DNA of 64,000 nucleotides, taken from contig CAVTJJ010000003.1 in the NCBI GenBank assembly GCA_963735035.1, positions 384,001 to 448,000 of the forward strand, read 5' to 3'. The notes beneath the pieces were generated by a model. The model did no database searches. It was not told where the DNA came from and saw nothing but the letters and a program-made list of their open reading frames with translations. Below, in pieces: positions 8,288 to 18,934 of the stretch (position 1 is the stretch's first letter; each line of letters starts with the position of its first letter). This DNA is from an uncultured candidate division Zixibacteria bacterium (GTDB lineage Bacteria > Zixibacteria > MSB-5A5 > GN15 > FEB-12). A program made the translations under genes and the position numbers.

Positions 8288-11113
8288 TCATAACGGGCGT
8301 ACTGCCGTGCGGCCTGGATTACTTCGCCGCGCAAGGTCCGCCTGACCGAGGGCGCTTATCAGTTTCCGGAAGGCCAGGCCACTGTTCATATCGACTGCCC
8401 AACCCTCGCGGAGCAATTTCAAGCCGTCTTCCTTCAGCTTGGCATCATTCTTGAGAATACCCAGTTCGAATTTGGCTGACCCCAGGTCCTGCAGATAGAA
8501 TTGACTGCCGGGATTGGTGGACAGGAAACTGGTCAACGTATCATTAAGCTGCTGATACCAAGCGATGGCTTTCGGTATGTCTTTCCGTATCTGGGCCAGC
8601 TCGGCCAGAGTCTGGTAGGGCTGCCAGAATTCCGGAATGACTTTGGTCAGATGGACCATGATAGCTTCGGCGCGCGTCGTGTCACCGGCTTTGAGAAGTT
8701 CATCGACCAGACGCAGAGTAGAAATCGCCACGCCGCCCATGACACCGCTCGCGTTTTCGTCGCGGAAGATCTTCGAATTCTCCATACCGTCGAACTTGTA
8801 GACGTTCATGAACAGATCGTAGCTGTGTTCTATATCCACCAGCTTGGGATCGGGCTCACGTTCCAGACGATACAACTGGCCGTCAACAACCGCATGGTCG
8901 CGGAGCTTGAGGGGTGATTCGCCGTACGGCGGAGACGAAAAGTAGATCGGATCTTTCCATTTGTTCTCGATCACGATCTCGTCGACCATCATGTCCTGAA
9001 CGGCCACCTGGGAGAACTGCTGGTGCAGATAGGTCATCCGCTTGCGAGGCCGGTCGGCAAACGGCTTATCCGGACGCTGGGTCCATTGTCCCCCCGGCAG
9101 CTGATAAGGCTTCCAGAGGATTTGGTCATCGGTGAGAGAAATCGGCACGCCGTAGAAGTGCTTCATCTGCCAGACATACCAGTCGGTGTTCAACAGCGAC
9201 AGATTGACAACGCGAACATCCTTGCGATAGTTGTACGCTTCCTGCAGACACCAGGTCGGGAAGGTATCGTTGTCGCCGACCGTAAAGAGGATGGCGTTCG
9301 GCGCACAAGTGTCGAGCAGACCTTTCGCATAGTTGATCGGGAAATAAGCCCCGGAGCGGTCGTTGGGATGATAGTTGTAGTTGAGCCCCACGAGCGGCAT
9401 CAGGACCAGCACCGAAGCAACCGAGACACCCAGATGATCACGGCCGGACGGCGCGAGAGACTCGCGAACCATACTTATGATCGCACCTATACCAACCCCG
9501 ATGGCAATGCCGAAAAAGACAAAGGCGGGTGTAAAGAAGTAATCGCGGTTGCGAACTTCCATGTAAGCGTCACCCGTCGAGGCATTGTAGTGTATGCCGT
9601 CGGCGAAGTTCATATAGAGCACCAGGCCAATCGAACCAAGTATGATGAGTGTCAGAAACGGCAGACCGACCTCCACCCGTTTTCGGATGGCGACTACCGC
9701 GCCCAGCATCCCCAGGACAAAGAACGGCGCGAAGGCCCAGCCGGCGGGGCTATATTGCTGCTCGAAATAGGACCAGAAACCCATGTTGGCGTGGCGACCG
9801 AACTGATTCGACCAGTCGCCGCGGCGCTCGAACATGCGGTCCACCATCGACATCTGCCCGTATTGTTTGCGGTCCAGGAAACTTACAAACTGATTCCAGT
9901 CCCTGGCCGGGTGATTCTCGTCGATGCGTGGATTCAGGCTGGACCGAATCGGCACGTAGTAGTGCACCGAGAAACCGATAAACCCAACAACCAGAATCGT
10001 TACCGCCAGAACCCATTGAGCATCCCGGGATTTCTTCAATGTTAGATATGAAAGTACGGCCATGATGCACATACCTATCGGCAGAGCCCAGTAGTACAAA
10101 TCTTCGTAGAACAGGTACACGGCTCCAATCGAAAGACTGATTACAGCCACGGCCACGATTAAGCCCGATGGCAGCAACTCTCCGGCTGAGCGACGGGCCA
10201 GGTAGGCCAAAACTAGGATCGACAGCACCGCTAGCGGCAGTACCAGAAAATAGAGATTGTAACTTATCATCAGCGAACTGGTAGCGGCAATCGCCAGAAG
10301 AACTCCCCAGCGAATTTTACTGTAAAGCATGACCACAATAATCAAGCCGAGAATCACCGAAACCAGCTTGAACACTTCCGGGCCACCGCGTCCGTTGGCA
10401 AACACGATAATCAACAGAAGTTCGATCAAAGCAAAGAGGCAGATCAGAGCGTAGTCTTTCGGCTCGGCTTCGTGGTTCAGGATGAAGAAAATGGCGCAGA
10501 CCGGAATCACCAGGAAGACCGTCAAGTGAAGTCCAATACCAAGCAGCGCCAAATAGAGCGCGAGAATCATTATCCTGGTGGCGCCCGGTTCGGTGCGGCG
10601 CTCATGATAGCGCAGAGTTAGCCAGAATATGGAGGTACAGAGGGCCATGGCTCCGGCGAAAGTCTCGGTTTCAACCGAATTCCCCCAGTTGGTCGATGAA
10701 AACGCGACCATGAACCCGCCGGCAATGCCACCAACATAGGCGGCGACCCGGCTTAGAAATTCGTAACGGCTCTCCCCTTGCACCATTTGAATCAGACGGA
10801 CGGCGATCAAATAGCTGAATAGCGCTGTCAGCGACGACGAAACTACCGAAACGTAATTGATGCGGTAGGACACGTCTTCGACAAACGGGATAGCCATGAA
10901 GAAGCGACTAATCAATTCGAGGAGCGGGTAGCCGGGCGGATGAGAGATGCCCCCGACCGCGCAGGCGGCGATAAACTCACCGCAGTCCCAGAACGAAAAA
11001 GTCCTCTGGACTGTCATGGCGTAGACTATGAAAGCCCCAAGAAACACCAATCCGCCGAAATAGGCGTTTACTCGATCGAATCCCTGCGGCTTGTCCGCGT
11101 TCATACCAATCAA
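8288..11113 (-). CDS. DUF2723 domain membrane protein (TMEM260-like putative GT-C glycosyltransferase)
   Basis: SFWDCGEFIA...HPPGYPL, EVRNRDYFF, GDNDTFP and VNLSLLNTDWY motifs; many TM helices; the extreme C-terminus may be frameshifted. Confidence 0.85.
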   Translation of the reverse strand: MIGMNADKPQGFDRVNAYFGGLVFLGAFIVYAMTVQRTFSFWDCGEFIAACAVGGISHPPGYPLLELISRFFMAIPFVEDVSYRINYVSVVSSSLTALFSYLIAVRLIQMVQGESRYEFLSRVAAYVGGIAGGFMVAFSSTNWGNSVETETFAGAMALCTSIFWLTLRYHERRTEPGATRIMILALYLALLGIGLHLTVFLVIPVCAIFFILNHEAEPKDYALICLFALIELLLIIVFANGRGGPEVFKLVSVILGLIIVVMLYSKIRWGVLLAIAATSSLMISYNLYFLVLPLAVLSILVLAYLARRSAGELLPSGLIVAVAVISLSIGAVYLFYEDLYYWALPIGMCIMAVLSYLTLKKSRDAQWVLAVTILVVGFIGFSVHYYVPIRSSLNPRIDENHPARDWNQFVSFLDRKQYGQMSMVDRMFERRGDWSNQFGRHANMGFWSYFEQQYSPAGWAFAPFFVLGMLGAVVAIRKRVEVGLPFLTLIILGSIGLVLYMNFADGIHYNASTGDAYMEVRNRDYFFTPAFVFFGIAIGVGIGAIISMVRESLAPSGRDHLGVSVASVLVLMPLVGLNYNYHPNDRSGAYFPINYAKGLLDTCAPNAILFTVGDNDTFPTWCLQEAYNYRKDVRVVNLSLLNTDWYVWQMKHFYGVPISLTDDQILWKPYQLPGGQWTQRPDKPFADRPRKRMTYLHQQFSQVAVQDMMVDEIVIENKWKDPIYFSSPPYGESPLKLRDHAVVDGQLYRLEREPDPKLVDIEHSYDLFMNVYKFDGMENSKIFRDENASGVMGGVAISTLRLVDELLKAGDTTRAEAIMVHLTKVIPEFWQPYQTLAELAQIRKDIPKAIAWYQQLNDTLTSFLSTNPGSQFYLQDLGSAKFELGILKNDAKLKEDGLKLLREGWAVDMNSGLAFRKLISALGQADLARRSNPGRTAVRPL

Positions 11114-11271
11114 AATGTCCTCCTAAAACCAGTCGCCGTAATAGCCGACAATAGCATAGGATAACAGCTTTACCGGCTAGAGTTCAAGCTCAAAGCTGTT
11201 TTCCCAAAAACAGTCGCTACGGATTGTACCGGGCCTTTACGATCCGGATTAATCAAACCCGGAGGTAGAAG

Positions 11272-11520
11272 ATGTTGATCTGGTCGGCTTTATTGTTCTT
11301 TCTCGGAGTAATGGCGTTTCTGGACTCGGTTTTCAACATGGGCGAAATTTTCCGCCAGGCGAACTCGGTCGTATTTCTGCTAGTTTCTTTGGCGCTTCTG
11401 ATCCGTACCAGCACCAAGAAGCGGGAGCAAAGGGCCGAAAGACTCCAGGGCAAGGTATTCAACCTGGAACGCGAAGTCTCCCAGTTGAAAGAAGAGCAGA
11501 AGAAACTGGTCGAGTTCTAG
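11272..11520 (+). CDS. Small two-TM protein with a C-terminal coiled coil
   Basis: GGAGG RBS; two hydrophobic segments followed by a charged heptad tail. Confidence 0.7.
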   Translation: MLIWSALLFFLGVMAFLDSVFNMGEIFRQANSVVFLLVSLALLIRTSTKKREQRAERLQGKVFNLEREVSQLKEEQKKLVEF

Positions 11521-13373
11521 CTGGCCGGCACAAGGGAATCGAGATCCCGAAGCTTGCCACGGACTTCCCGAACAAACGGATATTCTGAATACTTCTCAAG
11601 CAGGATCCGGTAGAGATCGGCAGCCTGCTTCAGATCGTGGCCGGATCGCGCCAAAACATCGGCTTTCAACTTAATACCCAGGGGTCGGTAGTAGGAATCG
11701 GGATATTCCTTATCCAGCCGGTCGATAAATACGATGGCCGCGGCTGAATCTGCCCGGTTGAGCTCAAGTTTGGTCAGGTCATAGAGCGCCAGGTCACCCA
11801 TTACCGGTGGCTGGCCGTCTGCGAGAGCGAGAAGACAAATTCGGGCCGAGTCCAAGGCCCCCCGGAAAGTGGCAAAACATGAACTCGAATACTCATCGAG
11901 AGTCGGGCGGGCGTCTTTGGCGTCGCCGATAGCCAAGACCAGATTAAGGGCGTCATTGACAAAGAAACCCTTGGGGTAGTCAACCATCAGCTTGCGAAAG
12001 ATGATTTCGGCTGTGTCGTACTTCTTGTCAAAAAACTCCACCAGACCGGACATATAAGCGATCTCTTCCCGAAGATCGTCCGGCAACCGGCCTTTTGAGA
12101 GTTCAGCCAGCGACGCGCGGGCCTCCAAGATATGACCCAGACGAAGGTGACAGACAGGGATCGATTTCCGGGACATAAAATACTGCTGACCCCGGGGATA
12201 GTACTGGACGACTGAATCGAAGTAGATCAGCGCCGAGGCATAATCGTGAAGATACTCCGAAGAAAGCACCCCCAGACCGTAGATGGCGTTGCCCCGAACC
12301 TGGGCGTTCTGCGATTGATCCGCCAGCCCGCGGTATACTTCGGCCGCCTCCTGTGGGCGCTGCAGCTCAGCTAGAGCCCTGGCTTTCTGTAGGGAAGCAT
12401 CGGCTGAGAACGCCGCCTCCGGATGCTGTTGCAGAATTATGTCAGTCACTCGGACAACCTGATCCCAGAGATGTCGCTCCTGGCAACTTCGGGCGAACGA
12501 GGCCAGCGGTAGACCGGAACGGCCTTCAAGCGAATCCTGCCTCAGACAATAGGCAAACGCCTGGCTGTAATCTCCGGTCTTCATGTAGTGATCCGACAAT
12601 ATCCCCATAATGCCAATGTTCGACGTGCTGTCGGCCGCGGCTTTGAGAATCTGTTCGGCCTGTGAAGATGACCCCTCGAAATCCAGCAGAGCCAGGAGAC
12701 GTGACTCGGCCTGTGGGGCACCGAGGCTGCTATCGATCAGGAGCGGGCGAAGATACTCCCGGACCGCCTCGGGATACTGCTGATGCTTTTCGTAAATGCT
12801 GCCGCGTTCGGCGGCAAAAAGGACGGGATCGCCCAGTCGGGTTCTGGCTTGATCGATACGGGCCAGAGCGACACTGTCGAGATCACAATTGACCAGACTG
12901 TGGACGAGATTGCGCAGGTACCCGATTGCCTCGATCTTGCCTGCTCGGTCGAAGGCTGCGGATGCGGTATCATACTCGGCAAGAGCTTCGGGTACTCGGG
13001 TCATTCTGACTAACAACTCCGCCAGATAGAGTCGCAGGTTAGAATCACCGGGATGGCTTTCGAGCATTCGCCGAGCCAGGATCTCCGCTTTCGAATACTG
13101 CTTGGACTGGTCGTAACAAGCTCGAAGTAGATTCTGGATTTGGTCGTTGTCCGGGCTGTTCTGGTAGAGAGTTTCGAGTATGTCCGCCGCCTCTTGATAG
13201 CGTTGGCTGGAAATCAACCTTCGGGCCAGTTGAAGCTTTTCCCCTTCGGAGGGACCGAATCCGACAACCTTCTTGCCTTCAAAGGGCGACTGCCCCTCCT
13301 GGGCAAGTACCTGCCCGGCTCCAGCAAGAATCATCAGGATGAGGAGAAGCAGACCCCTGCGAACCGACTTCAC
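11517..13373 (-). CDS. Exported tetratricopeptide-repeat protein
   Basis: Signal peptide and repeated TPR-like helices; 4-bp overlap with the upstream gene. Confidence 0.82.
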   Translation of the reverse strand: MKSVRRGLLLLILMILAGAGQVLAQEGQSPFEGKKVVGFGPSEGEKLQLARRLISSQRYQEAADILETLYQNSPDNDQIQNLLRACYDQSKQYSKAEILARRMLESHPGDSNLRLYLAELLVRMTRVPEALAEYDTASAAFDRAGKIEAIGYLRNLVHSLVNCDLDSVALARIDQARTRLGDPVLFAAERGSIYEKHQQYPEAVREYLRPLLIDSSLGAPQAESRLLALLDFEGSSSQAEQILKAAADSTSNIGIMGILSDHYMKTGDYSQAFAYCLRQDSLEGRSGLPLASFARSCQERHLWDQVVRVTDIILQQHPEAAFSADASLQKARALAELQRPQEAAEVYRGLADQSQNAQVRGNAIYGLGVLSSEYLHDYASALIYFDSVVQYYPRGQQYFMSRKSIPVCHLRLGHILEARASLAELSKGRLPDDLREEIAYMSGLVEFFDKKYDTAEIIFRKLMVDYPKGFFVNDALNLVLAIGDAKDARPTLDEYSSSCFATFRGALDSARICLLALADGQPPVMGDLALYDLTKLELNRADSAAAIVFIDRLDKEYPDSYYRPLGIKLKADVLARSGHDLKQAADLYRILLEKYSEYPFVREVRGKLRDLDSLVPAS

Positions 13374-16300
13374 TGACCTACCTCATTTCCAGATGGTTGC
13401 CGGCGCTGATCCGCTTCGGCCTTCAAGAGAGCTCTGAAATAAGCTTTGATCTGCTCTTCGTATTGCGGCGGGTAGTTTTCTCCGAGGAATCGCTGCAGAC
13501 GGTCCTCGATTTCCAGACGGTCGTCCAAAAGTCCGGCCGGGAGATCACGCGGCACGAGTACCGGCTGCTGGGTGGCCGTGGTGGCCTGGCGCTGTTCGGT
13601 GAAGTCCTTGCGTTGAAGCGACCGGGTCGCCTCGAGCATCCGCGAGAATATCTTCAGTTGTCGCTCGGTTGTCTGAGGTCCGGCGGTGCCGTTCTGGAGT
13701 TCCTCTTCGACATCTTTCATTTCCTTGGCGATGTCGTCCAATCGACCCAGTATCTGGCGGGAACCACCGAATTCCTGGTCGAGCTGCTGCATCGATTTGC
13801 GGATAGAGCCTTGCTCGGCCGCCAGACGCTGCATCCCGCGACGTAGCTCTTCGCCCTGCGGGCTTTGGCTGGGGGTTCCACCCTGACCGGGGTTATTGCA
13901 CATGCCCTGAGACGTCTGGTTCAGTTGGTTTTGCTTATTGCAGAGTGACTCCATCTTGGCCATACCCTTGTCGCATTTGGAGCCGTTTTCACACTGATTC
14001 AACTGGTCCATCGACTCCATCAGCCGGGTGGCGGCCCGGTTCAATGTGGCCATTGCTTCGGTCTGATACTGCACTCCCTCGGCCGCCCGCTTATCAGACA
14101 ATGCCGAGGTTGCCATATCCATGTTCTGGATGGCGTTACCGACGAGGCTCTGGATTTCGGCCGCCACAAACGGAGAAAGTTTGCCAAGCTCCGCTACCGT
14201 ACGGTTTAGTCCAGCGCTCGCTTGGGCCAGGTCTTTCTCGGCCGGGGCCAGGTCACGCAGGGTCATTGCACCGGGAGCAATCTCCTGAGCCTTGCGGATT
14301 TCCGCTTCCTGATCTTCGGAAAGATTAGAGGCATGATCAATCGCCAGCCTCATCCGCTTCTTGATCTCTTCGCTATCGTTCTGATTCATGGCCATCTGAG
14401 CCTGACGCATCTGATCGAGCATCTTGGCCAGTTTGGAGCTCGACTGTTTGCCCGATGAACTAGCCCTGGGCTTATCCTGATTTTGAAGCGACTGTGACAT
14501 CTCAGCCATGTTCTGGTCGGCGTCGGTCTTCTCCACCGCGTCGGCGAATTTCTGCGCATCGGTGGACTGCTCCAACTGAGCATCCTTCATCATCTCGCGA
14601 AGCTTGTCTGTCTCGGTCTTCAGACTCTTGAGGGCGTCCTCGTTCTCTTTCTCGGACTTGCTGAGATCAGCCAAGGACTCCTTGGAGGTCGAGTCGGTCT
14701 TCTCGTTGACCTTGTCCTGCTTGCGGAGAAGTTCTTCGGCCTGCCGCACCATGGCCTCCATCTTGGCCTGAACCTGCATCTTCTTGAGCAAGGCGAGGGT
14801 TCGTTCCAGGCGCTGGAGCAGCTCGTCCTGCGAAAGCTCGAAATCCTTCATAGCCTGCTGAAGCTGCTGCTGATCCATATCCTTGAGCATCTCCATCATC
14901 TTTTTCTGAGCTTCCTTCATCTCGGGAGTAGCCACTTCCTCGAACAGCTTCTGGATTTCGCGAAGTTTCTCGACGATCTCGCGCGACATGAGGGAGTTGT
15001 CTTCCATCTTGTCGAGCGATTTATCCATCTGGTCGGCCAGCTTCTGGACCTGGTCGGTCATATCGAGATTCTGCTGCGCGATCTGCTCCAACTCTTTCTG
15101 CTGCTGCCAGTCGGCCGTCTGGTTGGTATTGGTCTGCGATTCCAATTTGCGGGCAGCTTCCTTGAGTCGCCGCGAAAGATCTTTGCCGGACTTGATCAGG
15201 TTTTCGACGTTTTCAACCCGCTTGATCGACTCCTGTTCAGTCTGGGCGACAATTTCTTCAAGTGAAGGAAGCCGGGCGATGTAATGGCGGGAGCGGCCGA
15301 TTTTCGGACCCGAAATGTTGTCGTTGTCGGCTACTTCGAAATAGTAATTCACATAGTCGCCGGGAAAGAGCGCCAGCGCGTCCAGGGCCCAATTGAAATC
15401 GATATCTCCCTCGGTCTTGATCTTGTCGGAGAAATGCAGGACCGCGACATTTTCATCCGACGCCTTCCCGCCGCTGACCTGGACGTATTTCATCACCAGG
15501 GACGTAAATCCGTAGTCGTCGAAGATTCTGACCTTGAGAGGCAGCACCATGTCATCGTTCAGATTGACATCGAACCCCGGCTGGATAACGTCAACCGTGG
15601 GATATTGGTCCGGGACAGCGGTTACATAGTACTCGATCGGGTCGGGGTTCTTCTCCCCCAGATGGTCGAGCAGTTCGATATGGAAACCTATCGACTTGTC
15701 GACCTTGAGCGAGGTCTCGGCAGTCCTTTGATCGACTGTCATCGCCTGACGGCTGGAATCATCGTAAACCATCTCGGCCGACGAGACCGGGAGGTTGGTT
15801 TCAATCTTCATGTTCACACGGCTGCCAACCACAGCCGAGAACGAGCCGTTGTTCTCGTTGATTGTGACCGGCGGCAGTCCGGTATAGCTCGGATAGAAGA
15901 TCGACAGGCTCAGGCCGGTGATGCGGGGTCGGTCGACCACGTCGACATGGTATACTTCGCTCCTGAGATCACCGGCTTCGACATAGTAATCGAACGAACG
16001 GTCGGCCTGGCGGAAAGTCGTGCCAAAAATAACCGAGTCGCCGGTTGCTGTGACTGTGCGGGGCAAAGTGGTCACATCATATTCGGTCTTCTGCCAGCTT
16101 CCGCCGGCCAGACGATGATGCAGGCTGGCCTTGCCAGGGAAACGTTCACCGAGCAGCACGCCGCTGACCGTGATGTCACGGTATTTCACCCATTCGGTTG
16201 AACCGGGGACCGCTTTCAAGAGATAACCGACCGGAGGCGCCACGCGGGTAGTCGGGTTGGAATAGACCTCGAACGCGTACCCAAAGAAACCCGGCGCAAC

Positions 16301-16804
16301 AACTAGTAGCAGTACCGCCACCAGACCGGCGATGACGAAATCGCGCCCAGCCCGAAGCAGCGGGTGAAGGGTCACCACCCGGCCAAAATCGATTTGGTCG
16401 GTTTCTCCAAGCACCTGAGCTTCGACCGCCTTTACCAGATCTGGGGAGTATCCTTCGGGCAATTTCATCCGGGAAAACTGGACGGCAGCAATCAGGCGAC
16501 CTTTGAGTCCGGGATGGGCGGCCTCCAAAGCGAGCGCGGTCGAATCGATATTGCCATAGAAGAGCCGACGGATAGCCTTGCGGTAGAGCAGCCAGGCAGT
16601 GGCCAGCCCGGATATCGATAAGAAGCTGATTTTTAGCCAAACCGGCAAGACCCAGACCTGGGCGATGACCGCAAGTATCAGGGCCACACCAACAAGCACC
16701 GCCGCGACCGCCATCAGACCGGCGGCAAAGAACACCAGCCGCTGGCGCAATAGCTCCGACTTGAGCTTCCTGATCAGATCGTTGGTTGACTGTATGCGTG
16801 TCAT
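13370..16804 (-). CDS. DUF4175-like membrane-anchored coiled-coil protein
   Basis: Three N-terminal TM segments, an FDDYGF...VADNDNISGPK beta region, a long Q/E/M-rich coiled coil and a YPPQYEEQIKAYF C-terminus. Confidence 0.78.
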   Translation of the reverse strand: MTRIQSTNDLIRKLKSELLRQRLVFFAAGLMAVAAVLVGVALILAVIAQVWVLPVWLKISFLSISGLATAWLLYRKAIRRLFYGNIDSTALALEAAHPGLKGRLIAAVQFSRMKLPEGYSPDLVKAVEAQVLGETDQIDFGRVVTLHPLLRAGRDFVIAGLVAVLLLVVAPGFFGYAFEVYSNPTTRVAPPVGYLLKAVPGSTEWVKYRDITVSGVLLGERFPGKASLHHRLAGGSWQKTEYDVTTLPRTVTATGDSVIFGTTFRQADRSFDYYVEAGDLRSEVYHVDVVDRPRITGLSLSIFYPSYTGLPPVTINENNGSFSAVVGSRVNMKIETNLPVSSAEMVYDDSSRQAMTVDQRTAETSLKVDKSIGFHIELLDHLGEKNPDPIEYYVTAVPDQYPTVDVIQPGFDVNLNDDMVLPLKVRIFDDYGFTSLVMKYVQVSGGKASDENVAVLHFSDKIKTEGDIDFNWALDALALFPGDYVNYYFEVADNDNISGPKIGRSRHYIARLPSLEEIVAQTEQESIKRVENVENLIKSGKDLSRRLKEAARKLESQTNTNQTADWQQQKELEQIAQQNLDMTDQVQKLADQMDKSLDKMEDNSLMSREIVEKLREIQKLFEEVATPEMKEAQKKMMEMLKDMDQQQLQQAMKDFELSQDELLQRLERTLALLKKMQVQAKMEAMVRQAEELLRKQDKVNEKTDSTSKESLADLSKSEKENEDALKSLKTETDKLREMMKDAQLEQSTDAQKFADAVEKTDADQNMAEMSQSLQNQDKPRASSSGKQSSSKLAKMLDQMRQAQMAMNQNDSEEIKKRMRLAIDHASNLSEDQEAEIRKAQEIAPGAMTLRDLAPAEKDLAQASAGLNRTVAELGKLSPFVAAEIQSLVGNAIQNMDMATSALSDKRAAEGVQYQTEAMATLNRAATRLMESMDQLNQCENGSKCDKGMAKMESLCNKQNQLNQTSQGMCNNPGQGGTPSQSPQGEELRRGMQRLAAEQGSIRKSMQQLDQEFGGSRQILGRLDDIAKEMKDVEEELQNGTAGPQTTERQLKIFSRMLEATRSLQRKDFTEQRQATTATQQPVLVPRDLPAGLLDDRLEIEDRLQRFLGENYPPQYEEQIKAYFRALLKAEADQRRQPSGNEVGQ

Positions 16805-16926
16805 GGTGTCGCTCCGGCTTCTAATGAGCGCGTTTGCTACAAGTATCGGCGGACAGGCCGCCTTTGAATCGTGCCGTCTGTATCTAAGACGCGGCCACGA
16901 CCGGGCCCGTTGGGCCTTTCAGCAAG

Positions 16927-17661
16927 CTAATACAACAAAGCGTAAGTCAGCAGGTTCAGCCCCATCTCGAACGCCTGCTGCCGTTTCTCCGGCGGGTCGT
17001 TGTGCACCTGCGGGTCTTCCCATCCGTCCCCGATATCCGATTCCACCAGGAAGTACATCACCACTCGGCCATTTATGATAATCGCGTACCCGCGCGGCGG
17101 GAGCCCGTCATGCTCGTGTATTTTCGGCGGTCCGTTCGGGAAATCGTAGAAACAATGGTATATCGGATGGGTAAACGGCACTTCGACTATTTCCCGCTCT
17201 GGGAAGAGGCTGGCCATCTCTTTTCGGAAAGTCTGATCGACGCCGTAGGAATCGTTGACGAACAAAAATCCGCCCGCCACGAGATATTGTCTGAGTCGTT
17301 CGCGTTCTTCGGGGGTGAAGCTTATGACTCCGTGCCCGGTGGCAAACAGAAAGGGGTATTGGTATAGTTCGGGGTCGGTAATCCGGACCTGGCGTTCGAT
17401 CGTATCCACCGGCATGTCAGTATTGTCGCGGATGTAATCAAGAAAGTTCGGGATTGAGGAACTCCCCCAGTACCAGTCGCCGCCGCCGGAGTAATGCAGC
17501 CGGGCGACTTTGATAGCTGACGGATGAGGATTATAGCGACCGATGGCGTAGTCGCGGACCGCGGCGGTATCGACAGTCGGGAACGGTGCCTGAGCGGACA
17601 CCGGTACAACCAGGCCGATCAGACAAAGTCCAGCGCCGAGAATGGTAAGTCGCGATGCCAT
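16927..17661 (-). CDS. DUF4159 domain protein
   Basis: ARLHYSGGGDWY, YPFLFATGHG, GGFLFVND, HPIYH, PKIHEHDG and DIGDGWEDP motifs. Confidence 0.88.
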   Translation of the reverse strand: MASRLTILGAGLCLIGLVVPVSAQAPFPTVDTAAVRDYAIGRYNPHPSAIKVARLHYSGGGDWYWGSSSIPNFLDYIRDNTDMPVDTIERQVRITDPELYQYPFLFATGHGVISFTPEERERLRQYLVAGGFLFVNDSYGVDQTFRKEMASLFPEREIVEVPFTHPIYHCFYDFPNGPPKIHEHDGLPPRGYAIIINGRVVMYFLVESDIGDGWEDPQVHNDPPEKRQQAFEMGLNLLTYALLY

Positions 17662-17788
17662 AATCTAATATACAACTGAAAGGGGGTTGGGGGTTCGCTT
17701 TTTCGCGGGCAGGACTTCGCGACCGATGGCCTTAGATAGCAGAACTTCTAAGGGGTTCGCGCTGCAACAACTTCCCTCGAACACTGTC

Positions 17789-18484
17789 TTATTGATCCGA
17801 TTGGTTCAGTATCCGGGTATCAGAAACACGATTCCGCCAGAAACCGGACTCCCAACGATTCCTGAATTGGTGCTCTGTCGGTGTGGAACTTGAGTCTGAA
17901 CCTGTGACTCCGGCATGCTGGGCGGCAAACTCGGCTATCCGGTCATCTCTCTCGGTCCAAAAAGACAGATAGTAATAAATGGTAAAACGAGGTCTTTTGC
18001 TCACGGTTGTCAGAGTCGTACACATCTTGGAATACGAAATGCTGTCCAACCTGCCGGACGAGTAGTCCTTTCGCAGACGAACATCCGTTTCGGCAATTAT
18101 TCTGTCCATTCGAGTGTGAAAGCTGTCGTCTTCTTTTTGAACATCTTCTATTAGAGTAAGAATGTTGTTGAAGCAGAGATAATGAGATTCGGGATGAATA
18201 ACAAGCATCACTGACATCCCTCGTGGATGTTCACGACACTCATCAATGATTTTCCGACGAAGAGACTGGTAGTCCGGTATGTACACATTCGAAGTACCGC
18301 CTAACGTCAAATTCGGTACTAGTCGAGGTAGATTATCGAGAGTAGCTTGATGTCGGTGCCACCAAAGTCTACCGGAAGCATCAATTCGGAGAATTAGCGA
18401 GGGACTGATGGGACTCGATGAATTCACTGTGGACCGTGAAACCATGAACGCTAAAACTGCGATGATCAGAATCCGAGTCTTCAC
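17789..18484 (-). CDS. Hypothetical exported protein with weak ExbD/TolR-like similarity
   Basis: GGGAAG RBS-like sequence and signal peptide; LRIDASGRLWW and VMLVIHPESHY...ILTLI resemble the ExbD periplasmic fold pattern. Confidence 0.5.
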   Translation of the reverse strand: MKTRILIIAVLAFMVSRSTVNSSSPISPSLILRIDASGRLWWHRHQATLDNLPRLVPNLTLGGTSNVYIPDYQSLRRKIIDECREHPRGMSVMLVIHPESHYLCFNNILTLIEDVQKEDDSFHTRMDRIIAETDVRLRKDYSSGRLDSISYSKMCTTLTTVSKRPRFTIYYYLSFWTERDDRIAEFAAQHAGVTGSDSSSTPTEHQFRNRWESGFWRNRVSDTRILNQSDQ

Positions 18485-18790
18485 GATAGTCTTCCCCGGT
18501 ACAAATCATCCTCCGCCAGCGAAAATAACCCTCTTGCGCGTGGGACACAGCACCATACGGCAACGCCCCACGTAGTGAACTCGCATGAGAGTATGATAGT
18601 CCAGCAATCAATTTACGTCAATCACTCTCTTGCTCCACTATTGAACAGACGTTCTGTACCAGGTTTTTGTTCGCAGCACGGTGAACCCGCCAGAAGGTTA
18701 AGGCACCCAACTCTCAACCCTTGGGTGCCGCGGTCAAACCGGGGCACGACAAAATGGGCGCCGGGGCTGACAAAGTAGGAGGTCACCAAC

Positions 18791-18822
18791 AAAAAACCGG
18801 CAGGGCCGGAGCCCTGCCGATT
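18791..18822 (-). terminator. Intrinsic terminator downstream of secF, formed by a RAYT-type REP hairpin
   Basis: Minus strand atcggcagggc-tccg-gccctgccgg followed by TTTTTT. Confidence 0.6.
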
Positions 18823-18850
18823 GGATAATTGCGATTGCACCCAAATAGAA

Positions 18851-18924
18851 AGTGCCGTCAGGCAGCCCGCCGCGGCGGGTCCTGACGGCACTCAATCTTC
18901 TCCCACCGCAAGCGGTGGGGCACC
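18851..18924. repeat. REP-like hairpins
   Basis: agtgccgtcagg...cctgacggcact (18851-18892, containing cccgccgcggcggg) and cccaccgc-aa-gcggtggg (18902-18919). Confidence 0.75.
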
Positions 18925-18934
18925 AGAAGTCAGA